Below are positions 61,001 to 64,000 of a DNA stretch of 64,000 nucleotides, piece after piece. The position numbers and the translations under genes were made by a program. Source of the stretch: Eledone cirrhosa. Its lineage: Eukaryota. The stretch is from NCBI GenBank assembly GCA_964016885.1, contig OZ024742.1, positions 103,540,001-103,604,000 on the forward strand, read 5' to 3'. Each line of letters starts with the position of its first letter. The stretch's first letter is position 1. The notes under the pieces are model-generated. The model saw nothing but the letters and a program-made list of their open reading frames with translations, was not told the DNA's origin and did no database searches.

Positions 61001-63350
61001 ATCATAGATAGAGATATGTATTAGTTATGGATATAACCTAAAGCAATATCATAGACAAGGAGTTTTCAGAGAGCAATGTCTAGATAGTTCAGATTAATAC
61101 TTCTAGATATTAAAAATTAGCACCTACCTCAGTTAAGTTTGTGATATGAAAGCCTCCAGCCAAAGACTTTATATGACTCTTGAGATTGAACTGGTATTTG
61201 AAGTAGCTGTGAAGATCACAGTTTGTGATATCGAGGTTAGTGTGAATGGTCCATTTCTTCTCAGTTGAAAATTCATAGTTTACTGGACAAGATCCATATA
61301 TTTCCCACTGAAAATAACAATAAATTAAACTAGAAAAAAAGAGTCAAGATAAATAGTAGTAGCATATTTATAAGTGAGTATATGCCAAGCAGCAAGTCCC
61401 CAAGCATGTTGGCAGTCAGGAATCACTCTTTCTAATAGTGAAAAGACAAAAGACAAAAGCTCATCTGGCCATGACTGCCTGTCCAAAACCATTCTTTATG
61501 GCTCAGTTGAAGGAAAGCAAAGAAAAGGCAGACAAAGAAAATCCTGGTATGACAACATTAATGACTGGACATGTCACAACACTGAAATGCCTCTTTAACC
61601 CTTTAGCATTTAAACTGGCTGTATCTGGTCAGAACTCTCTCAACTCGTTCTGTTCAAACCGGCTGTAACTGGCCACTCATACTAACATTAAGGTATTGTT
61701 TTCAAAATAAATAACATCAAAATCTCGTAGATTTAATATTATGTGAGATAATTATAAGAGGTAAAGCCTTTACTGTGAACATATAATTGTAAATATAGAG
61801 TAATGTAGTGACTGTCAATTCCCAGAACATCTTGAGTGATACCTTAATGACTAGCTGCACCAGTTATGGGAAGATTTTAATGATGGTCATTTCTTGAAAT
61901 TTACGTTTCTGTATAGAATTCTAAGAAAGAAAAAAAAGAAACAAATAACATTTAACCTTTACTTTTGAAAGTCAAGTAATGTTAAATATAAGGTTAGAGG
62001 ATATTTGACAGTTCAAAATGTAACAGTAATCCATTTGCTACTTTGATACGAAGGAAATCCTCATCATTGCCATTTAATGTTAATTTTCCATGTTTGTATG
62101 GGTTAGACCAGTCTTGCTCAGATGTTCTGTTTTAGTTTGAAATCTATGGCTAGATGCTCTTCCTAATGCCAACTACATTACTTCATGGACTAGGAGCATT
62201 TTATCCAACACTACAACCTAGGGTGGACTGGGTGATTTTTATTGTGACTCCAGCATTACCACTTTACAGGTTAGACTAGGTCTGTTTTAACATATCACCA
62301 GTGCTAATTTTCAATAACTACATGCTGCTTGTTGAGTAGGTAGGATTTTATAATCCATTTTTGCAAGTTAGATACAAAGAAATAAGAAGATTTAAATCAT
62401 TTGTGAGAAAACATAAATTTACAGAAAGCATTAGATATTTTTATTCTTCTTCATAGATCAAAACAAAACAAAATGTAAAATTAACATCATAAAATATATG
62501 TTGAACAAACAATGTCACAGCTTCAAGTTAATGTATATGTAGCACAAGCAAGTAATGGATATTTTGCTGTCAATAAATTTGCAATGAGAAAAGAATATTT
62601 TGTTATCTTGGCCAACAAGATATTTAACAAGAAGGAATGCTTCAATATCACAATTTATACTTCTAATTCAACCATTTTCTTTTCACTTATGTCTCACCTG
62701 CAATGACAAAGTTAGGCTCCACCAGGCTAAGTTTGTCTTGATGCTATAACATATAATATACACATGAAGATGAAATCTTCAATGTTAGTCCAATTGCTCA
62801 ATGGGACACAAGTTATTTAAGAAAAAAATATTAATAAATATTACAAATTTGATACCCCCCCCCCCCATTACTATATTTCTAATTAAATACTTAGTGTTTA
62901 ATTAATTAATAAATAATTTAGAGGGCTTTACTAAATTTTCTGTTTCATTAAGATGGTATTTGTAGCATAACAGAATGTTCCAAGACAAAATTATGTTGCA
63001 AGGTTTTACTTTAAATAGAAACCCATTAAAATGGGTGGTTTGTTTCATAAAGAGAGAGGTGGTTTAGGGTACACCAAAAGGATTAATTTTAAAAAAAAAT
63101 CTGTTCAATTTCTAAGTTGCCTTAGATCTAAACCACGGAAGATTGCACAACATTATTAGCACTATAATAAAAAGAGGGAGTAATTACCTGGCGAAAACTG
63201 CTGTTATAGTTTTCTGGTTTTTCCACTTTTAATTGTAGCATCCTAATGACTCCTCGTTTGATATTCAAAGCTAAAGGTTTCTCATCTTTATGGCTGAATA
63301 TTTCTCCATCTTTCACAAGTCCCTCTTCAAAGCCAAACTCAACATGAAAT
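17846..63350 (-). CDS. Host gene: large lipid transfer protein (vitellogenin/apolipophorin/apoB superfamily); 19 exons, about 1130 aa, partial
   Basis: GT-AG exons join in phase into one open frame (one junction, 17/18, has two phase-compatible options). LLTP motifs: LNIKRGVIRMLQ, EIYGSCPVNY, VLKSLENLG, VRTEAFL, DPESLMPR..LEIFEI..EG, IPTAFGVP, PLNGDV. Confidence 0.88.
17990..19900 (+). mobile_element. Decayed 3' part of a PHD-type RTE LINE, including its 3' UTR
   Basis: Homologous to 34644-35950 (GLKINL.K.KVL, WSCSVCRKGVGRNSI, RLHWYGHV). Ends in the CATGCTA.CATGGA..GGACGTTAAA tail. Confidence 0.85.
19061..19740 (+). repeat. 48-bp minisatellite, about 14 copies
   Basis: Unit GTACAGTGGTCGTGTAGGTGTCRYGACAAAAAGCACCCAGTCCACACT repeated head to tail. 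Confidence 0.97.
19912..20226 (-). mobile_element. RTE 3' UTR fragment
   Basis: Close match to 34644-34975 and 45733-46050, with a (GAT)n tail. Confidence 0.85.
21114..21274 (-). CDS. LLTP exon 18 (...LHIDPKKAAKEND...FIYP)
   Basis: GTGAGT donor. Acceptor is at 21274 (phase 2) or 21246 (phase 0); both give the same open frame. Confidence 0.75.
21395..21760 (-). mobile_element. Short 3' fragment of an RTE-like LINE with a (GAA)n tail (second copy at 55497-55857)
   Basis: The two roughly 360 bp copies align and carry decayed LINE C-terminal YGH and RGR-type motifs. Confidence 0.7.
21923..22145 (+). mobile_element. tRNA-derived SINE family B. Other copies at about 24003-24190(-), 27245-27428(-), 27960-28143(-), 29808-29985(+), 30340-30525(+), 48575-48730(+), 49735-49915(+), 56330-56660(+), 63606-63787(-)
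   Basis: A box TGGCAG.ATCGG, B box GTTCAAATCC, core GCCTTTCATCCT..GGGTCGATAAAAT..AGTACCAG, tail CCTTGTGCC.AAA..AGAAA.CATT. Confidence 0.88.
22150..23236 (+). mobile_element. Internally deleted, decayed relative of the Tx1-type LINE
   Basis: An N/S-rich ORF1-like start (22345-22779, then RVERASEAQMQK) is joined to an ORF2-like MLLDPEQMCEAFQQHFAQLF; both match the intact element. Confidence 0.82.
23522..23652 (-). CDS. LLTP exon 17 (GVNSNNKLF...NTKYH)
   Basis: cag acceptor. Donor is ambiguous: GTCTGT after 23522 (phase 2) or GTATCA after 23518 (phase 0). Confidence 0.72.
23761..23969 (-). CDS. LLTP exon 16 (SSTDEKAKIY...GIHFK)
   Basis: cag/GTAAGT, phase 1-0. Confidence 0.84.
24300..24830 (-). 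mobile_element. Decayed Tx1-type ORF2 C-terminus and 3' UTR
   Basis: Aligns to about 5660-6200 (e.g. ctctcacccatctttca; VEREVL..FYERWVR). Confidence 0.75.
25050..26270 (+). repeat. 17-bp minisatellite AGAGATGGCAATAGYRT: about 37 homogeneous copies at 25636-26270 and degenerate copies at 25050-25520
   Basis: Direct inspection. It produces spurious ORFs with 17-aa periodicity in three frames. Confidence 0.96.
26691..26785 (-). CDS. LLTP exon 15 (KIEKVRMDV...TAVLS)
   Basis: aag acceptor, GTGAGA donor, phase 2-1 fits both neighbours. Confidence 0.75.
28300..28615 (-). mobile_element. CR1/L2-group LINE 3' end fragment
   Basis: HPFTV...SFFPNTSYLWN.L...FKSNIN C-terminal motif, followed by an A-rich tail. 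Confidence 0.7.
28690..29165 (+). pseudogene. Mariner (Tc1/mariner) transposase fragment
   Basis: KFVPRVL, LVTCDESWVYYYDP, PRPKKARQS..GKLLMIPFFD, GHTVNKE; ends in a (CA)n tract. Confidence 0.9.
29491..29721 (-). CDS. LLTP exon 14 (HRLFLVREG...PLNGDVDISLTLKPMD)
   Basis: cag/GTAAGG, phase 2-2. Confidence 0.87.
31183..31392 (-). CDS. LLTP exon 13 (LGLSFYARI...VLFNV)
   Basis: tag/GTAAGT, phase 2-2. Confidence 0.86.
31659..31795 (+). repeat. 31-bp tandem repeat, about 4.4 copies, at the 5' junction of an RTE fragment
   Basis: Unit CATCTGCATTTCAGAATGTAATGTCAGTGTG. Confidence 0.95.
31790..33085 (+). mobile_element. Decayed BovB-like RTE LINE 3' half with C-terminal C2H2 fingers
   Basis: GKVFNL, RELLY.DD, LTINTEKTK, EKFHQRCLR, PRHKPKKRFRD, then three CxxC...HxxxH-type repeats. 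Confidence 0.85.
33283..33672. repeat. Near-perfect fold-back palindrome (191 bp arms, 8 nt loop, 2 mismatches)
   Basis: 33283-33473 is the reverse complement of 33482-33672. Confidence 0.97.
33514..33552 (+). ncRNA. Minimal type I hammerhead ribozyme motif (mirror copy at 33403-33441, minus strand)
   Basis: TGAAC-CTGAAGA-T.TGC[GAAA]GCA.T-GAAA-GTAC-TT-GTTCA: stem I, CUGANGA box, GNRA-capped stem II, GAAA box, palindromic stem III, CUU triplet. Confidence 0.8.
34175..34327. mobile_element. TTAA-type MITE with an internal palindrome; isolated right-end TIR of the same family at 33099-33137
   Basis: TTAACCCCTTTAATACCAAACGACTCTGGAATCAATAG versus CTATTGATTCCAGAGTCGTTTGATATTAAAGGGGTTAA. Confidence 0.72.
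34644..38836 (-). mobile_element. Full-length RTE-clade LINE
   Basis: Intact ORF and a (GAT)n tail. Candidate TSD ATATATATAATCTATAT at 34627-34643 and 38837-38853, within low-complexity sequence. Confidence 0.88.
35041..38304 (-). CDS. RTE ORF: APE endonuclease + RT with a PHD-like insert (up to 1087 aa; start codon uncertain)
   Basis: TINVGTL, ETRW, SAYAPQ, GDLNGHVG, SQHRL, FVDLEKAFDRV, HQGSVLSP, YADD, C4HC3 cluster, RRLRWYGHV, GRPRKTW. Confidence 0.95.
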   Translation of the reverse strand: MPGCLSIYDGWMDCGILESGGEREKSGRSATMPKIKTNSPLGRECEHSSLFRPRTANITPSPPAPHRPQPPNAIQNFRVGTINVGTLKGRANEVVEMLERKEVDVCCILETRWRGGSARFIEGKKRCYKLFWVGNDDGLGGVGIMVAEKWADKIIDVNRVNDRIIKIRLVLNRTTVTVISAYAPQSGLPGTIKDRFYETLMLTTSQISDSDYIIIAGDLNGHVGQRCDSYDEIHGGYGFGTRNEEGSRILEFCDANNLTICNTNFKKRDNHLITYRSGEHTSQVDYILTRRRDRVSVVNTKSLPHEECTSQHRLIISDLIVRTRRTRQQKRTILRRKIWKLKDPTARNKFQSILLDAFDSKEEHLESDNIEGEWEFLKANLLLATDEVCGWSRPISRRTVTWWWNSKVEGSIKAKKQAWKVWRDGGSREDYQVAMREARRHVYLARREAEERKFKHVLQRDDQKREVFRIARQCVKENRDIVGEKCVLNDDGTLAITDADKKVAWKCHYERLLNEENKWEKDSLPHIDPIEGPAVLVEGSIISKAIKDMKTGKAAGPSEIVAEMLKASGTVGHTMVTRIVNQVVQNGVVPKDWHSSIIVNCYKGKGDARDRSNYRGIKLIDQVMKVTEKVIAQLIRERIDLDEMQFGFVSGKSTTDALFIVRQLQEKYLAKGKPLYLAFVDLEKAFDRVPRSIIWWALRKLGVDEWLVRAIQAMYKETVSKVRINNEYSEEFSVKVGVHQGSVLSPLLFIIALQAITEEFKTGCPWELLYADDLTLIAESMAELEKKFQTWKHGLESKGLKINLAKTKVLVCRKENKAAVPSGKWSCSVCRKGVGRNSILCPKCKVWVHKRCSGITGKLTKNIDFTCGRCSGAISSSKCPQNTSSFNCAEGSIEIVDSFRYLGDKISSGGGCSESTVARVRTGWKKFRELIPLLAAKGFSLKMKGRLYDACIRTAMLHGSETWALCAEDIRRLERNEACMLRWMCNSNIRERQSINELRKKLEIRGIRCCLLERRLRWYGHVMRMKVDSCITKCRAIKIDGSHGIGRPRKTWDELINSDITHLHLSKTMSLDRDLWRYSVTEKTRLT
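39325..39668 (+). mobile_element. tRNA-derived SINE family A; partial minus-strand copy at about 39972-40232
   Basis: Close match to 1780-2116. Confidence 0.92.
40485..40780. repeat. Fold-back palindrome carrying hammerhead cores on both strands
   Basis: Arms meet at 40648-40649 and the left arm has about 30 extra bp. CTGACGA...GAAA-CAATTG-TT-AGACTG is present in both orientations. Confidence 0.9.
42435..42511 (+). ncRNA. Decayed type I hammerhead motif
   Basis: GCTGT-CTGATGA...CAAA-TATGTA-TC-ACAGC: stem I intact, GAAA box mutated. Confidence 0.55.
42670..42780. repeat. GC-rich fold-back hairpin (about 52 bp arms)
   Basis: GAAAAGAGTCAGGACCCCGACGGCTG...CAGCCGTCGGGGTCCTGATTCTTTTC. Confidence 0.9.
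42949..43183 (-). CDS. LLTP exon 12 (FNIFMWD...IPTAFGVP...MKF)
   Basis: cag/GTATGT, phase 1-2. Confidence 0.88.
43775..45360 (+). repeat. 101-bp tandem repeat, about 15-16 copies
   Basis: AGACACAGATGTGG recurs at 43870, 43970, 44071, 44172 ... 45285. Confidence 0.97.
45733..47400 (-). mobile_element. 5'-truncated, decayed copy of the PHD-type RTE family
   Basis: Collinear with 34644-36365, with a stop codon, a frameshift and a deletion. Confidence 0.92.
47754..47987 (-). CDS. LLTP exon 11 (MEKFVKNIY...GYIHVKMY)
   Basis: cag/GTATGT, phase 1-1. Confidence 0.86.
48203..48262 (-). ncRNA. Decayed type I hammerhead motif
   Basis: Minus strand GCTCT-CTGATGA-GGTCATA...TATCACT-GAAA-TATATA-TA-ACAGC. 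Confidence 0.55.
49368..49630 (-). CDS. LLTP exon 10 (SRNMWKK...DPESLMPR...VELE)
   Basis: tag/GTCAGT, phase 2-1; resembles the DUF1943 beta-sheet region. Confidence 0.88.
51385..51626 (-). CDS. LLTP exon 9 (ALRTMDQD...VRTEAFL...KTE)
   Basis: cag/GTAAGT, phase 0-2. Confidence 0.88.
52130..52600 (+). mobile_element. Old RTE 3' fragment; a similar minus-strand fragment lies at 59385-59950
   Basis: KLGIRRIRCSVQEKRLYWYGYV resembles the RTE C-terminus. Confidence 0.78.
53967..54083 (-). CDS. LLTP exon 8 (SLENLGPL...RKAAIR)
   Basis: tag/GTAGGC, phase 0-0. Confidence 0.85.
54236..54334 (-). CDS. LLTP exon 7 (NSPVSKTIEH...IWVLK)
   Basis: cag/GTAAAT, phase 0-0; joins exon 8 to give LKSLENLG. Confidence 0.8.
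56136..56231 (-). CDS. LLTP exon 6 (DACKKENPSVCSTLGNLV...MKQ)
   Basis: tag/GTGAGT, phase 0-0. Confidence 0.84.
57032..57260. mobile_element. piggyBac-like MITE with TTAA at both ends. Relatives at about 26385-26598 and 61595-61805; other TTAA-CCC elements at 26991-27239 and 55212-55451
   Basis: TTAA-CCCTTTAGCATT ... AATGCTAAAGGG-TTAA. Confidence 0.88.
57361..57531 (-). CDS. LLTP exon 5 (ALKEIIYIDVLKNCG...TDLL)
   Basis: cag/GTAAGA, phase 0-0. Confidence 0.86.
57553..57911 (+). repeat. (AAAAAG)n/(AAAAAT)n compound microsatellite filling an LLTP intron
   Basis: Direct inspection. Confidence 0.95.
57932..58247 (-). CDS. LLTP exon 4 (QSLVLKK...CKTGIA)
   Basis: cag/GTGAGT, phase 2-0. Confidence 0.88.
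60472..60620 (-). CDS. LLTP exon 3 (LQYPFQSKYSCDY...MFNV)
   Basis: cag/GTGAGT, phase 0-2. Confidence 0.86.
61128..61307 (-). CDS. LLTP exon 2 (WEIYGSCPVNY...TNLTE)
   Basis: cag/GTAGGT, 180 bp, phase 0-0. Confidence 0.88.
63188..63350 (-). CDS. LLTP exon 1 in window (FHVEFGFEEG...LNIKRGVIRMLQ...SFRQ)
   Basis: cag acceptor, GTAATT donor, Vitellogenin_N beta-sheet motif. Confidence 0.9.
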
Positions 63351-63466
63351 CTGTGGAAATATGTTATCTAAAATGGTTAATATATACAAGGTATTTTATA
63401 CCTATAACAATTTTGCTATATCTGGAAAGAGGGGGAGGGAGAGAGGGAGGGAGGGAGAGTGTGTGT

Positions 63467-63497
<31 letters not shown>

Positions 63498-64000
63498 AAC
63501 ATATATGGATGCATATGTACATGTGGGAGAAAGTGTATGTGGGCTAATGCAAGTTTATGTATATGTAGGTTTTTTATGCTTTGTTATATGCATAGATCTG
63601 CTACATAATTGTTTCTACTTTAGGAACAAGGCCAGCAATTATCCAGTGCATTACTGGTACTTTATTTTATCGACCCCGTAAGGATGAAAGGCAAAGTCAA
63701 CCTTGGCGGGATTTGAACTCAGATCATAAAGGGACGTAACTATGCTGGAAAGCATGGCGTCAAACCCTCTACCGATACTGCCAATCCATTCAATTCTCTC
63801 TCTCTCTCCATATATATATACGCACACACATCACACACACTTGTATATATAGTTATTTTGCTATGCATTTTGTAACAAGTATGCAAATTTAGTTAAGCAA
63901 TCATTAGTTTCATATTTGAAGTCAGGCTTATCTGGTGTTAAAATCACACCAGAGGCCCAATGTAACATGAAGCCTGTTTGCAGGCCATTGAAATATACAT

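Noticed and set aside
1-64000. Prokaryotic defence or retron-type RT system
   Set aside because: All RTs are eukaryotic non-LTR types, in or beside a spliceosomal multi-exon gene.

Overview
AT-rich, microsatellite-rich animal genomic DNA. The SINE/RTE repertoire suggests a coleoid cephalopod, but that is an inference. The only host gene is on the minus strand: a large lipid transfer protein (vitellogenin/apolipophorin superfamily). I could join 19 phase-compatible exons (about 1130 codons) from 63350 down to 17846; neither end of the gene is established in the window. The rest is mostly transposable elements and repeats. Positions 1-17.6 kb are a nested stack: a PR/RT-deleted Gypsy LTR element carrying a SINE, inside a decayed R4/Dong LINE, then an intact two-ORF Tx1/L1-type LINE, an intact R4/Dong LINE and a second Dong family, with the LINEs joined by (TAA)n. 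The introns hold a full-length RTE LINE with a PHD-like insert, many tRNA-derived SINEs, TTAA MITEs, a mariner fragment and four minisatellites (48, 17, 31 and 101 bp units). The most notable non-coding signals are (1) long fold-back palindromes carrying minimal type I hammerhead ribozyme motifs, plus decayed hammerheads nearby, and (2) two apparent SINE-LINE partnerships visible within the window, one of them with the Tx1-type LINE.
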